Positions 26,583 to 40,147 of a stretch of 64,000 nucleotides of DNA are shown in pieces. The notes beneath the pieces are model-generated. The model ran no database searches, was not told where the DNA came from, and saw only the letters and a list, made by a program, of their open reading frames with translations. The first letter of the stretch is position 1, and each line of letters starts with the position of its first letter. Both the position numbers and the translations under genes were made by a program. This stretch comes from Narcine bancroftii. Its lineage: Eukaryota. Where the stretch lies: positions 68,944,001 to 69,008,000 of the forward strand of contig NC_091478.1 in NCBI RefSeq assembly GCF_036971445.1. The letters are read 5' to 3'.

Positions 26583-27236
26583 TCTTTTCTTTCTTTGGCT
26601 TCGCTTCACGGATGAAGATTTATGGAGGGGTATGTCCATGTCTGCTGCAGGGTCATTGGTGACTGACAAGTCCGATGCGGGACAGGCAGGCATGGTTGCA
26701 GTGGAAAATTGGTTGGTTGGGGTTGGGTGTAGGGTGTTGGGTTTTTCCTCCTTTGTCTTTTGTCAGTGAGGTGGGCTCTGCGGTCTTCTTCAAAGGAGGT
26801 TGCTGCCCGCCGAACTGTGAGGCGCCAAGATGCACGGTTGGAGGCGATATCAGCCCACTGGCGGTGGTCAATGTGGCAGGCACCAAGAGATTTCTTTAGG
26901 CAGACCTTGTACCTCTTCTTTGGTGCACCTCTGTCTCGGTGGTCAGTGGAGAGTTCGCCATAGAACACGATCTTGGGAAGGCGATGGTCCTCCATTCTGG
27001 AGACGTGACCCACCCAGCGCAGTTGGGTCTTCAGCAGCATGGATTCGAAGCTTGCGGACTCTGCCAGCTCGAGTACTTCAATGTTGGAGATGAAGTCATT
27101 CCAATGAATGTTGAGGATGGAGTGGAGACAGCACTGATGGAAGCGTTCTAGGAGCCGTAGGTGATGCCGGTAGAGGACCCATGATTCGGAGCCGAACAGG
27201 AGCGTGGGTATGACAACGGCTCTGTACACGCTGATC
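26583..27236 (-). mobile_element. RTE LINE 3' fragment (subfamily B), NOB1 intron 1
   Basis: ORF 26606-27229 with WNDFISNIEVLELAESAS; RTE tail. Confidence 0.92.
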
Positions 27237-27799
27237 CTCTTTAGTTTTAGTTTGTGGGTCCTCTTTAGTGTTTGTTATATACTGGAATGTGAACATGGGA
27301 GGGCTGATGAACAGATTTGCCGATATTAGTCTTGTTGATTGTGAGAAGGATAATGGTCAATTGGCAAGATAGGTAGAGCTATGGCTGGTGCAATTTAATT
27401 CTGTGAAGTGTGAGCTGATAAACTTTGGGATGACTGGTAGGATTTCATCATTGACTGTTTGGGCTGTATGAAGCATTGAGAAACCCTTAAGGAAAATCCA
27501 AAGGATCCTTGAAGGGGGCAACAAAGGTCAATAATGTTGTGAGGAACGCAAATAAAATGTTTACTTTCATTAGTTGTGATACAAAATTTAAGTCAGGTCA
27601 TGGTACAACTTTATACAGTAATGTTTAGGCTGCAACTGGAGTACTCCTTGCAGTTCTGGTTATCATAATTAGAAGGAAGAAACTTTTTCTAATGGAAAAT
27701 GTGAATAAAATTGGAGGACATTGGTTCACAGTAAGCAGTGCAAGGTTCAGAGTGCATTTGTTTGAAATCTGTCATGATTTGTTTGTAGGGTGGCTGGAA

Positions 27800-28010
27800 G
27801 CAGAAACTCAAAGTTTAAGAAGCAACACTTCACTTGTCAATCTGCAGGGGTCATCTACTGCTCCCGCTGTAGTCTCCTCTACATCAGAGCAATAGGACAC
27901 AGACTAGGAAGTTGCTTCATTGAGCACCTCGGCTCTGTCCGCCACAATAGTGTGGATCTCTCAGTGGCCACGCATTTCAATTCCCTGCCCCATTCCCTTG
28001 CTGACACGTC
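27800..28010 (+). mobile_element. Penelope-like element, GIY-YIG fragment (resumes ~28530-28805 after a CR1 insertion)
   Basis: FTCQSAGVIYCSRCSLLYI..RLGSCFIEHL..VATHFNSLPHS. Confidence 0.75.
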
Positions 28011-28012
28011 TG

Positions 28013-28528
28013 AAGGATGCTCTTGCAATGGAGGGAGTGCAGAGGCGATTCACCAGGCTGATACCTGGAATGGCAGGAATGACTTAGGAGGAAAGATTGC
28101 GCAAATTGGGATTGTACTCGCTGGAGTTTAGAAGATTGAGAGGGGATCTCATAAAGACATATAAAATTCTGGCAGGACTGGACAGAATGGATGCAGATGG
28201 GATGTTTCCAAGGATGGGAAAATCCAGAACCCGGAGCCATGGTTTGAGGATAATAGGCAAACCATTTAGGACTGGGTAATTTCTTTACCCAGAGGGTGGT
28301 GAATCTGTGGAATTCATTGCCACAGAGGGCAGTAGAGGCAGGTTCATTAAATATATTTGAGGGAATTAGATATATTTCTTCAATATAAGGGTATTAAAGG
28401 TTACAGAGAGAAGGCGAGGATGGGGTACTGAACTTTAAGATCAGCCATGATCTCATTGAATGGCAGAGCAGGCTCGAAGGGTCGAATGACCTGCTCCTGC
28501 TCCTATCTTCTATGTTTCTATGTCTATG
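28013..28528 (+). mobile_element. CR1 3' fragment inserted in the Penelope element
   Basis: LGLYSLEFRRLRGDLIKTYKIL; tail TTCTATGTTTCTATG. Confidence 0.85.
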
Positions 28529-29448
28529 GACTTTTGCTCACTCGCTTGCTCTATTCCCTTTCCCTCTGTCTCTTCACAGAGCTAAAATCAATTCTCACTG
28601 TTTGTCTTATCCTATCCAATTAAAAAGTTTTCTCTGTTGGTCTGTACTCCTTCCCCTTCCTTTCTTTCTGTCTTTTTTTCACTTGTACCTTGTGGAAGGG
28701 TTCAAGTCTGAAACATTGCTACTATACTTTTATCTCCTATGGATGCTGTGAGATTGGCTGAGTTCAACTACAATCACAACGTCTGCAGACTTTCGTGTTT
28801 CACTGAGGTATATTCATGTCCGGATGGAGCACCACCTGAAGGGGAACCTGCAGCTAATGGTGCACCTCTGGGAAGAGTCGTCGGAGTAACATGGGAAACT
28901 AACAACTGTCCATTTTACTGAAGCTGCATGCTATGTGGCAGTGATGAGGGGAATGTTTATGTTGGTTATGGGGTGAAGAAAAATTATTTAACTTGTTTTT
29001 CTTGAAGATGTAGTATCAGGATGAATGAGGCTGTAGATTTAGTGAGGAAGAGAGAAAACAAAAAAGTAACAGAAATGTACCCTGTAAAGAATTATAACTT
29101 AAATTGTAAGCACATCCCATGTATTACTTATGTAGAACCTAATGTTTGTATTGAAAATTAACAAGTGGTAGAAGTGGAGATGAGTAAATAGATTGACAAT
29201 TGATGAAGAAATGTAATCCCCATCTCCAAGATAGTTCTGTTTCCTGTAGTTTGTGAAATTGCTTTTGTCCACATGTATCCAAGCATTTCCTTTTTGCCAC
29301 AAATCCCACAAGAACAAAATAAAATATTAGGAAAGAGAAGTCCTTAGCTCTCAGAATCTGAGGGACTAGTTCAATCTGGGCCAGCAGTTTATCAGATTAA
29401 CATATGATAGATGAGATTTCAATACCTTATTGCTTTTTGTTTTAAAAG

Positions 29449-29581
29449 GAGTTTGGTAAAAACATCTACACATTAAAAGAAGTAGTAAATGAAATAAGAG
29501 ATAAGGAAACCAAGCGAAGGCTGGCAGTTTTGCCATACCAGCTCCATTTGAAAGAGCCATTTCCTGAATATATCAGACAAG
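29449..29581 (+). CDS. NOB1: NOB1 exon 2
   Basis: EFGKNIYTLKEVVNEIRDKETKRRLAVLPYQLHLKEPFPEYIRQ; 133 nt; donor G|GTGAGT, phase 1. Confidence 0.92.
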
Positions 29582-31667
29582 GTGAGTTTTAAATTCATTA
29601 AATTGACTTTTTTTGAATTTCATGTTTTTTAGACAGTGGATACCTGTGAAGTAAGACTAACAATAATCTTTCCAGATGTCTCAATGCTTTCAATTGAGAG
29701 TGAGAAACTTATAGATTTTGATAAGGCTGGTTTCCAAGCAATGAGACCATTTACATTCATAGTTAACTAGTCAAATTTGTCCACAAGTGAAACAACAAAA
29801 AATTATTGGTACTGTTGCATTGTGATAAGATTCAAGATTCTTTTATTGTTGTGTAATAAAACAGGTGTAATATTACATGAAATTGCCTTTAGTCTGCAGT
29901 CAGGCAGACAAAGATTTGCCATCAGCAGAAATTGCCCAGCACCCCCTTTTAGTCAGAGAAAGAGAAGCAAAAGAGAGTCTCTTCAGAATCACTGAATGCC
30001 TGTGGATTTGCCTCCAGTGCTCCTGAAGCCTCTGCAGCCACACACACTTCAGTTCAAACCATACAAACCTGACATGATTAGGAAGCCTTCAGTGTTCTGT
30101 TACCTGGTACTTTGTCAGCTAGTCTCCAGCAGTCACTTGACCACAGTCATCAAGCAGCCCACAGCGTGGATAGGTTCCTCACCTCTAGTCAGCCACCTTT
30201 GTGTTCATCACCTGCAGAATCCCTAACTGGTCGACATCCCATAGGGCATCTCCTGCTTCTCCTCAAACAGGGAGTGGTCTCCCTATTTGAGAACCAGTAC
30301 AGCCATGAAGACTGGAATTGTAGTTGCCAGAAAAAGTTGAGGAAAATATAAAAATTAACCATGCAAAACTAATAAACAATTGAAGATAGCAGAAATAATT
30401 TAAATATAAGAGTTTCAGGAGATTTAAACATTAGCTTTATTAGGGACGAGCTGGGTGGATATGTGCAATGTAGATTCCATGACACTAATCGAAACTAAAA
30501 TAAGAAACTGCTGAACATGTTGAGTAATGACCTTTATACCAGTATTTAGTGGCAGAGGATAGTGTGCCAGACAAGTAACATTGCACCAAAAATCATAATT
30601 AACATGTGAAATAACTTGGAAGGAAGAAAATAATAGGATTGAAAAGATGAATTGTGGCTGCTTAAAGATGGAAGAGAATATCACTATTATAATGACTGCC
30701 CTATGTATAATCTTCCAATGTTTTCTCCAGTCAGGATTTATTCTTTGGTAAATTATGCATGTCGCCCTGCATTTAAATAAAATGATGAGTTAGATATTTA
30801 AGACGAATTCAGCTGTTCGGATGGAGTTAGCCAAAGCTTTCTAAAGGGGTAAGCCATGATTGACAATGCTCTTGACTATTCCTGAAGAGGTGGTTAAAGT
30901 CTAGGTGTTATTAATATGGAGTGCCAGAAAAGGGATTTAATAAAGGGACTCATAAGGAGTATACATAAAAGATGAAACTCGTCGGAACAAAGAAATTATT
31001 GAGTCACCTGGGAAAATTTGAGATATTAATGGGTGATATGATTTGGTAAAGTTGCAACAAATGGATTTTAGGAAAGACAAGTATGAATTAATCTGGGTCT
31101 TAAAGGCAAGGTGAATGTGAAAAGTTATTAATAGTGCAAGTACAAAAAGACTGGTGGCTCCATGAACATTATTAAATATTTTGGGGTATAGAAAATAAAC
31201 AAGGCTATTAGAAACTAGCATTCATAATGAGAGAATCAGAATACACTCACTGGCCTTGGAGAGGTGAGTGTATTGCAGATTTCCCAGAAAGATAGTTGGA
31301 TTTTAAAAAAAATATGCATGCCAAGATATAGACTGCTGGTTTGGATTAGTAGGAAGAGTCCTGCCCCTTGAATTCAGAATGTAACTTCAGGTATTGAGAT
31401 CCAAAATGTTCCAGTGCAGCTTTGAAGCGCTGCTGTTTGGTTGAGAAGAAAAATATTTCTGCATTAGAAGGGAGGATTATGACCACAGGTCGTGTCCATG
31501 TTAGGGTTTGTAGAACTTCATGTGGGAATTGGTGGGTTGATCAAAGTAAATTTAAAAAAAAATTAAAAATATTCATGGGTTATTCCTGAGGTTGTGCAAA
31601 AAAACTTGGTTGCTCTTAAGCCTCACATTTCGTGATTTTTTTTCTTCAATTTTTATTTTCTTCATAG

Positions 31668-31801
31668 TGTCTGAATTTTCAAAAAAAACTGGTGATTATC
31701 CCAGTCTCTCGGCAACTGATATTAAGGTTCTGGCACTAACCTGTCAACTTGAAACTGAATTTGTAGGAGCTGGGCACTTGAAAAAAGAACCTGCACAAAA
31801 T
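31668..31801 (+). CDS. NOB1: NOB1 exon 3
   Basis: SEFSKKTGDYPSLSATDIKVLALTCQLETEFVGAGHLKKEPAQN; TAG acceptor, GTAAGC donor. Confidence 0.93.
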
Positions 31802-32329
31802 GTAAGCAATTTATCAGTAACAAGTTGTTTATATGAACTGAACATCAACTGTTCCGATGTCTGTAGCTGTGAAAAAGGACTGGAGATGGACTTTTCTTTG
31901 GGTTTATGTGCATCACATTGGTAGTGGAGGGTATTGTTTTTATTTATTAAGGAGGGTGTCTACTTGTTTTATGGATTGCATTTATAACATTAAACACTGA
32001 ACATTCAACAAGTAGTATCTAAACACAGTGAAGCAAAAAACAAACTGTTAGAGGAACCCAGTGGGTTGAATAGTATTTGTGGAGGGTAAAAGAATTATGG
32101 GTGTTATTTGAGGCTGGATTGCAACCCAAAATATCAACAATTTCTCCCCCCCCCCACCTCCACTCCCCCCCCCCCCCACCACAAACGTATACTGCTTGGC
32201 CTACTGAATACACGTAGCAATTTTTTTCCCCAAAGGTTCCAGCATCCTTTGTCTCTTGTGTCTCCATTTAATCATTTGCCATTGAAGATTAATGGCATAA
32301 TCAAAATTTGATTCTCCCAGAATCAGTGG

Positions 32330-33090
32330 CATCTCACTGGTAAGAAATTCAACAGATCATAAGTCAATCTTGCAGGTCAATGACAACGACTCCTCCCTTC
32401 TGGACAGACTAAACATGTTCTGCACATCGTTTAATGAGAAGAACAGGCTGACACCAAAGAAAGCTCCATCTCCCCCAATGAACCAGCCTCTTGCTGAAAA
32501 ACTGGTTGCTCTTAAGCCTATGGTAATAGCCTGGTAGTGCAGAGAGTGAAGACCACCAAATTCCTTGGAGTCCTTTAAGAAGTGACCTATCGTGGACACA
32601 CATCTCATTTGTCAGGAAGGTGCATAACGACTGCACTTCCTTGAAAGACTGAGGTGGACAAGAGTTCAGGCCACTATTTTGTCAACTTTCTACAGGCACT
32701 CTCGATAGCTGTAGTGCTTCTGATCAGAGAGTCATCACAGGACCATAAGGGATCACTGGTGTCTCCCTCCATCCACGTCAATGTGATTTTTCTGGAATCG
32801 TTTTTAAAGAGGGCTCACAAAATCAGAGAGGACCCCCTACCACCTTGCATGCAGTATCTTCCAGCTATTCCCTTCAGGAAAGAGATATAGATGTATTGGA
32901 GCTAGAACTACCAGGCTGAGGAATAACTGATAAATTGCTCCCTGGGACTCCACTGTTTAATATTATTTATTTTAGTAGCTATGCATATACACTGTGTATA
33001 TGTATCATTTGTATGTGTGTTTGCACTGTTCTACCCCACTGTTTCGTCGGGTTGTACTGGTACAATAGGAAGAAAAACTTGAACTGTAAT
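32330..33090 (+). mobile_element. Degenerate L2/Rex-Babar-like LINE 3' fragment
   Basis: KFLG.. and LHFL remnants; tail AAACTTGAACT. Confidence 0.5.
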
Positions 33091-34064
33091 ATCAGTTGAA
33101 TGCCATGGCCACCTCTAATAATTTAGATCATGTCTCACTTCCAAATTTTAAAAAGGACACAATTGGAGCTCTGTGACCAGTGAGTGGTGTTCCACAAGGA
33201 TCTGTGCTGGGACTCTTGGTAATATTTGGACATCTGATTAACTAGTTTGTGGATGACCCAAAAATGTTGGAATTGCAGATGGCCGGGAAGATTGTCAAAT
33301 GTTAAGCAGGATACAGATCCAGTGGAAATTTTGCCAGAGAAATGGCAGATGAATTTTGTCTGGGTATGTTTGAGATGCTGCATTTTTGGAGATAAAGTGC
33401 AAAAGAGTAAATGACATGATCCACAGAAGAATTGATGTACAGGGGGATCATGGATCACAGACCCTTTACCCCCAACTTGCCCACGCTGCCCAAAATGCTC
33501 CACCCACACCATTCCTACCTTCCTATGTTTGACCCATATCCCTCTAAACCTATCCTGTCCATGTGTTTGACCAATTTTTTTTCTTGAACATTGCAATGGT
33601 ACTTGCATTAATTGCCTCCTTCAGCAGCCAATTCCATACAACCACCATTCTCTGTGTGTAAAAAGAAAAAAAAAATGGTTCCTATTAAAGGTCTGTCCCC
33701 TCCATTTAAACAAATATCCTCTGGTTACTAATTTCCCCTTCTCTGGATAAAAGATTCTCGGGGTTGAGAACAATGTAAGGAAATGCAGAATCCTTTTCAT
33801 TTTGTGTTTGAAGATTTGTCTCCCAGTCTCCTATTTATGAATTTAAATAGTGGCCATTGAGGTTACAAAACAAGACAAATATAAATCATTAGTCCAAAGA
33901 AAAATTTTGGTTGTCGGGGTTGCATATGACATTTTAGACATTGCAGTCATTACCTCAAGGTATAGACCCCCCCCCCCCACATTAGCAATCCAGTGATAAC
34001 TTTGTGCAATGAAAATACTAGGTAAAGTCATCATGGAAAATCCAATTTGTGCTTTTTTTGGTAG

Positions 34065-34136
34065 GTTGAAGTGAGCACTACTTTAAGACACCCAGAGTCA
34101 CTGATCAACATAGCGGGCTTCCATCTGCCATCCAAG
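34065..34136 (+). CDS. NOB1: NOB1 exon 4
   Basis: VEVSTTLRHPESLINIAGFHLPSK; 72 nt, phase 0-0. Confidence 0.9.
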
Positions 34137-34869
34137 GTAAACAAAAGTTAAAATTGGATAGTTAAGAACATTGTATGGTTTAACTTCTATTTTGAGCAAC
34201 AGTATGAAACAGAAAATACTGAAAATAATCTGCAGAGATCAGCATTGTGAAGAGAAATACTTAATTTTTCAGATCAATCATTTTTCTGCAAACCCTTCCA
34301 GTGATTGGCCAAAAACAACAGACCTGTTTTTCCCTGGGGAGCTGACTGGTCTACTGAGCATTTTTACCATCTGCAGTAATTTGCAGTTTTTTGAGATGGG
34401 GGAGTTGGAACCAACAGCTTTCTACATACTGCATTGATAATTTCTGTTAAAGTTTACAAAAGCAAAATGCTGTAGTCATTCTTGTGACAATATAAGACCA
34501 TTTGCACATAGAATTCCATACATAGCAGATGAAATTAATGATTAGATGATAAATGGAATTGTGCTGCATTTAGCCAACTGCACATAACATTGGCTAGATA
34601 TGGAGGGTCAACTGAGCAACACTCTGCACCTGAAAATTGACCAGCTTTAGATAATGAGGCCCCACCAGGTTGTACTAATGGCCTTGTCTTTGTCGAGGGC
34701 TGCTAGTGGTGCTTTATTTCCTCTTAAACGTAGTTGATATAAGGGCATTGAACTCTGTTTCCCATATGAGCCAAGGAATCTCAGGAACACTGGCTGCCCA
34801 TTGGAATTTATGTGGGGTTGAGTGCTTGTGTGACCGTACCACTCAGCAGGTCCTGGATTTACACTGGGG

Positions 34870-35141
34870 GGGGGGTCTCCACTAACCTCGAGGAGCGGGC
34901 TCCTCTTTCCACGGTGAGTCCCTGCTTTTTCGTGCAGGTAAGGCTTTCACCTTTCTCTTCTGGCATCTTTCTTTCTTCCCGTTGTTTTTGGGTTTTCTTT
35001 CTTGGATGCCATTTTCTCCACACCTTTATTTTATTTGCTGTGATTTGTGTGTCTGGGGCTTTGCTTTTTCTTCACTTTTTTCCTTCTTTTCTGGAGAGGG
35101 CTGGTATTCTCCTACCAGCCACTACTCCATCATGTGACTCC
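34870..35141 (-). mobile_element. Isolated L1 5'-end fragment related to the adjacent element
   Basis: Shares CTGGAGAGGGCTGG..GCCACTACTCCATCA.GTGACTCC with 37690-37746. Confidence 0.75.
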
Positions 35142-35347
35142 TTGTGTATGCATCTTCAGTACATAGAATATTACAGCACAGTACAGGCCCTTTGGCCCAT
35201 TATATTGTGACAAGCTCTATATACGTGTATTATATCTACAAAAAAAACTAAGCACTCCCTACCTCTTAACCTTCATTTTCATTCATCCATGTGGTTGTCT
35301 AAGAGACTCTTGAATGCCTCTTTGTTCTATCCTATACACTACCCCTT

Positions 35348-37746
35348 TTTTTTATTTATTTTTTATTTTTTATTTTTCACACCATAAATCACATTAGCCA
35401 TGATATACACTATTTCTTTTTCACACATATACAGTGACTTTTTCTCCCCCCCCCTCCTCCCAAGCCACCCCCCCATCCCCCCCTCTCATCCATTTTAGGT
35501 ATACAATCTAGGTTGCATTAAGCCAGTCAGACAATGTTGTCATTCAACAAAAATACACCAGAAATTCTACTGAGTCCATTCTTTTCTTTCCTTCTCCTTC
35601 CATCAACTTAGGTAATGTTTGTCCCCGGTAGGTTTTCGCTATTGTATTTAATGTAAGGCTCCCATACTTGTTCGAATATTTCAATATTATTTCTTAACGT
35701 ATATGTTATTTTTTCTAATGGAATACATTTATTCATTTAAATTTAGTAGTTTCTTCCTTTTAATTTGGTTATGTATTCCATTAATATTTAAAGTCATATA
35801 GTTCAGCGTAGCCCTTTTATATTTTGTTTATCTTCTCTTTCCGTTTTTCCATCATTACCTTTCCTCCTTTTCCATTTCTGTTTTCTTATTTTCAACTCTT
35901 TATAAGACAACATTCCTACAACATCCAACATTTTCCTTATTCTCCTATTTCTATCTTATTTATCCCCAATCTCCCCTTCCCCTCCTAAGTTGTCCTTTAT
36001 TCCTTGTCGGACAACCACATCTCCCCTCTCCATTTGGATTTGCGAATCCACTCGCAAGCGTCAACTGATTTTGCAGTGACCGCTATTTCCCCCCACCCAG
36101 CCCCCCCCAGAAAAGATTTCACTTTTCATATGTCACAAAGGTCACTCTTTTAATTCCCTCCTTATTCTCTCTATTCCATTACCTTCCCTTATTAATTCTT
36201 GTCTATACTATCTATATTTTCCTCTAAGTACAGATACATTCACGTATGCACATTGTCTCTATTCACTCTTATACCTCTTTACCTGCATACATATCAATCG
36301 TGATCATTTTTACTCTCATTACCCGTCTTCATCCCTCAGTCTATTTTTGTCTTTACCCACATACATATCAATCGTGATCATTTTTACTCTCATTACCCGT
36401 CTTCCTCCCTCAGTCTATTTTTGTAATTGTTCTGCAAATTTTCGTGCTTCTTCTGGATCCGAGAATAGTCTGTTTTGTTGTCCTGGAATAAATATTTTCA
36501 ATACCGCTGGATGCTTTAGTATAAATTTATACCCTTTCTTCCATAAAATCGCCTTTACTGTATTGAACTCTTTTCTCTTCTTTAGGAGTTCAAAACTTAT
36601 ATCTGGATAAATGAAGATTTTTTGCCCTTTGTACTCCAGTGGTTTGTTGCCCTCTCTTACTTTTTCCATTGTCTTCTCCAGTACCTTTTCTCTTGTAGTA
36701 TATCTTAGGAATTTTACTACAATAGATCTTGGTTTTTGTTGTGGTTGTGGTTTAGAGGCCAATACTCTATGTGCCCTTTCTATTTCCATTTCTTGCTGTA
36801 GTTCTGGACATCCTAGGGTCTTAGGGATCCACTCTTTTATAAACTCCCTCATATTCTTGCCTTCTTCATCTTCCTTAAGGCCCACTATCTTTATGTTATT
36901 TCTTCTGTTATAATTTTCCATTGTATCTATTTTTTGAGCTAGTAGTTCTTGTGTCTCTTTAGTTTTTTTTATTAGATACCTCCAATTTCTTTTTTAAGTC
37001 TTCTACCTCCATTTCTGCTGCTACTGCCCGCTCTTCCATCTTGTCCATTTTCTTTCCCATTTCTGTTAAGGTCATATCTATTTTATTCATTTTCTCTTCT
37101 GTGTTGTTTATTCTTTTTCTTAAATCATTAAATTCCTGTGTTTGCCATTCTTTAAATGACTCCATGTATCCCTTAATAAGAGAAAGTACCTCCTTTATCT
37201 TGCCTTTCTTCTTCTATTTCACTGTACTCTTCCTCTTCCTCTTCTTCTTCCTCTGGGTTGGCCATCTGTTGTTTCTTTGTTGCCCTTTCCTTCTCTTCTT
37301 TCTTGTTTCTATTGTCTTCTGTGGTCTCTTCTTGCTGCAGGTGTTCTGCAGCTGTCGTTGCCGGCTGTGGAGATCGACTCCCCAGCTGGTCCCCCCTCCC
37401 GTCGGTGTGTTTTTTTTTTTCATGCGCGGTTGCGCACTTTTACTCGGCTCAGCGAGCCATTTTTGTAGTCCATTATTTACCGACCTGAGGGAGCGGGTTT
37501 CTCTCTCCGCAGCGGGCATCTTCGGACAGGTAAGGCCTTCACCTTTTTCCTCCGTTGTCTTCTCTTCCTCTCTTCTTACCGTTGATTTCGATTTTTCTTT
37601 TTTTGTCGCCATCTTCTTTCCACCTTTATACTCACTTTTCTGTAACTTTTATTTCTGTGCCTTTGTGTTTTCCTTTGTTTTTCCCGACTTTTCTGGAGAG
37701 GGCTGGAGTTCACCGTCCGGCCACTACTCCATCACGTGACTCCCCC
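35348..37746 (-). mobile_element. Internally deleted L1 (ORF1 plus fused ORF2 ends; HAL1-like)
   Basis: 5' end GGGGGAGTCACGTGATGG. ORF1 37612-36415 (ENYNRRNNIKIVGL, IERAHR, IYPD motifs; frameshifted). Poly(A). 18-bp TSD with one mismatch (35330-35347 and 37747-37764). Confidence 0.9.
36276..36424. repeat. 74-bp tandem duplication at the ORF1 end inside the L1
   Basis: CATACATATCAATCGTGATCATTTTTACTCTCATTACCCGTCTTC occurs twice with period 74. Confidence 0.9.
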
Positions 37747-38336
37747 TCCTATACACTAGCCCTTGAAATGCCATCTAGGCACCCATAAATCTCTGTGTAT
37801 ATATTTAAAAAAACCTACCCCTGATGTCCCCTAAACTTTTCTTCACTTTGTACAGATATCCTCTAATGTTTGCTACACCTGCCCTGTGAAAACTGTGCTT
37901 GCTATCTATGCCTCTCATAATCTTGCAGACCTCACCTTACATCGTTTGCTTCAGAGAAAAAAGCTCTAGCTCTGCTAACCTTGCTTCATAAGACACATTT
38001 TCCAATCTAAGGGCAACATCCTGGTAAATCTCCTCTGCACCCTGTCCATAGCTTCCATCTCATGAGGTGACCAGACTGAATATAACATTCTTAGTGTGGT
38101 CTCACCAGAGATTTATAGAGCTGTAACATTACCTCATGACTCCTGGACTGAATCCCACAGCATGACATAAGCCTTCTTAACAACCTAGTTTAAAAAAAAA
38201 AAAAAATTTTTCATGTCTGATAACTAGAAATTCTGCCTGGCCTACAGATAAAGAATCTCAGGTGTTGTATGTGATGTCATGCATGTACTCTGACAATAAT
38301 TCTAAACTTTGATTTTTGATTGAGTGGTGTCAGAGG

Positions 38337-39351
38337 TTCTTCTTTGGCTTGGCTTCGCGGACGAAGATTTATGGAGGGGGTAAAAAGTCCACGTCAGCTG
38401 CAGGCTCGTTTGTGGCTGACAAGACCGATGCGGGACAGGCAGACACGATTGCAGCGGTTGCAAGGGAAAATTGGTTGGTTGGGGTTGGGTGTTGGGTTTT
38501 TCCTCCTTTGCCTTTTGTCAGTGAGGTGGGCTCTGCGGTCTTCTTCAAAGGAGGTTGCTGCCCGCCAAACTGTGAGGCGCCAAGATGCACGGTTTGAGGC
38601 GTTATCAGCCCACTGGCGGTGGTCAATGTAGCAGGCGCCAAGAGATTTCTTTAGGCAGTCCTTGTACCTTTTCTTTGGTGCACCTCTGTCACGGTGGCCA
38701 GTGGAGAGCTCGCCATATAACACGATCTTGGGAAGGCGATGGTCCTCCATTCTGGAGACGTGACCCATCCAGCGCAGCTGGATCTTCAGCAGCGTGGACT
38801 CGATGCTGTCGACCTCTGCCATCTCGAGTACTTCGACGTTAGGGGTGTAAGCGCTCCAATGGATGTTGAGGATGGAGCGGAGACAACGCTGGTGGAAGCG
38901 TTCTAGGAGCCGTAGGTGGTGCCGGTAGAGGACCCATGATTCGGAGCCGAACAGGAGTGTGGGTATGACAACGGCTCTGTATACACTTATCTTTGTGAGG
39001 TTTTTCAGTTGGTTGTTTTTCCAGACTCTTTTGTGTAGTCTTCCAAAGGCGCTATTTGCCTTGGCGAGTCTGTTGTCTATCTCATTGTCGATCCTTGCAT
39101 CTGATGAAATGGTGCAGCCGAGATAGGTAAACTGGTTGACCGTTTTGAGTTTTGTGTACCCGATGGAGATGTGGGGGGGCTGGTAGTCATGGTGGGGAGC
39201 TGGCTGATGGAGGACCTCAGTTTTCTTCAGGCTGACTTCCAGGCCAAACATTTTGGCAGTTTCCGCAAAGCAGGACGTCAAGCGCTGAAGAGCTGGCTCT
39301 GAATGGGCAACTAAAGCAGCATCATCTGCAAAGAATAGTTCACGGACAAGT
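38337..39351 (-). mobile_element. RTE LINE 3' fragment (subfamily A), NOB1 intron 4
   Basis: Open frame from LVRELFFADD to SHKRACS*; near-identical to 10254-11357. Confidence 0.93.
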
Positions 39352-39961
39352 GAACACTGAGTTAACTGCTTATAGGGCATGGAGTGAGGGAATGGCTCAA
39401 TATTTTGTCTGAACATGTGGTCCCAATAGCAACTTAAATCCCTGAGGGATAATAGAATAGGTGTCTTAGAGTGAATCTTAAATTTATAGTATGTCATTCA
39501 TATACAAGAACGTAATTTTTTTTTGAAAACCAAAAACCGAACATTTTTTCCATGGGTGTTGTCTGCACACCAAATCTCACATTTGGCATCAAATGTGACC
39601 CAGCACGACCCACGCTCAACTCACACTTGAATATTCTGTGTTGGTAATTAGGAAATACTTGTTTTATAGGTGCCAGTGGTAAAAGTGTCCATCATCTCTG
39701 ATTCATTGTATACGGACGCCTGATTTATCACAAACTGCTCCCGTATCCCGCCCCCATCCAGCGCCGCATCAGCCCCCTCCCTCCCCGACTAGCACCACTC
39801 AGTAACTTGTATGCCTTGTTAGCTCAATGTATTGTCAATTTATTTTTAGTACTTAATGCTGCCTACTGTTTAAAATCTTTGTAATTCAGAAACACTTTTA
39901 TACATTTGTACTAATCCATCAAATGTAATAAACATTTAAAACCATTGTCATTTTTATGTAG

Positions 39962-40147
39962 CAGAATCCTCAAACCAGTCTCGCAAAAGGAGATTGTATA
40001 CTTCCTTTAAGTTCAGAGGAGCTGTGCCATCCTGCTAGAACAAGTCATTCCAATGAGTCACAAGAAGCTGATTTATCAGAATTTGAATCCTTTCATTTCT
40101 GGAGAAGCCCACTACCAAGTATTGAAGATGATCTACAAGAGTTGCTG
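39962..40147 (+). CDS. NOB1: NOB1 exon 5
   Basis: Ends SEFESFHFWRSPLPSIEDDLQELL. Tandem TAGCAG acceptor; probable GC donor TG|GCAAGT. Confidence 0.85.

Noticed and set aside
36276-36424. Tandem repeat as a CRISPR-like array
   Set aside because: Two adjacent 74-bp units with no spacers, inside an L1 in a eukaryotic genome.
38394-39497. 367-aa ORF as a host gene or autonomous element
   Set aside because: A 5'-truncated RTE joined by chance to ~48 codons of intronic sequence. It has no endonuclease and only part of the RT.
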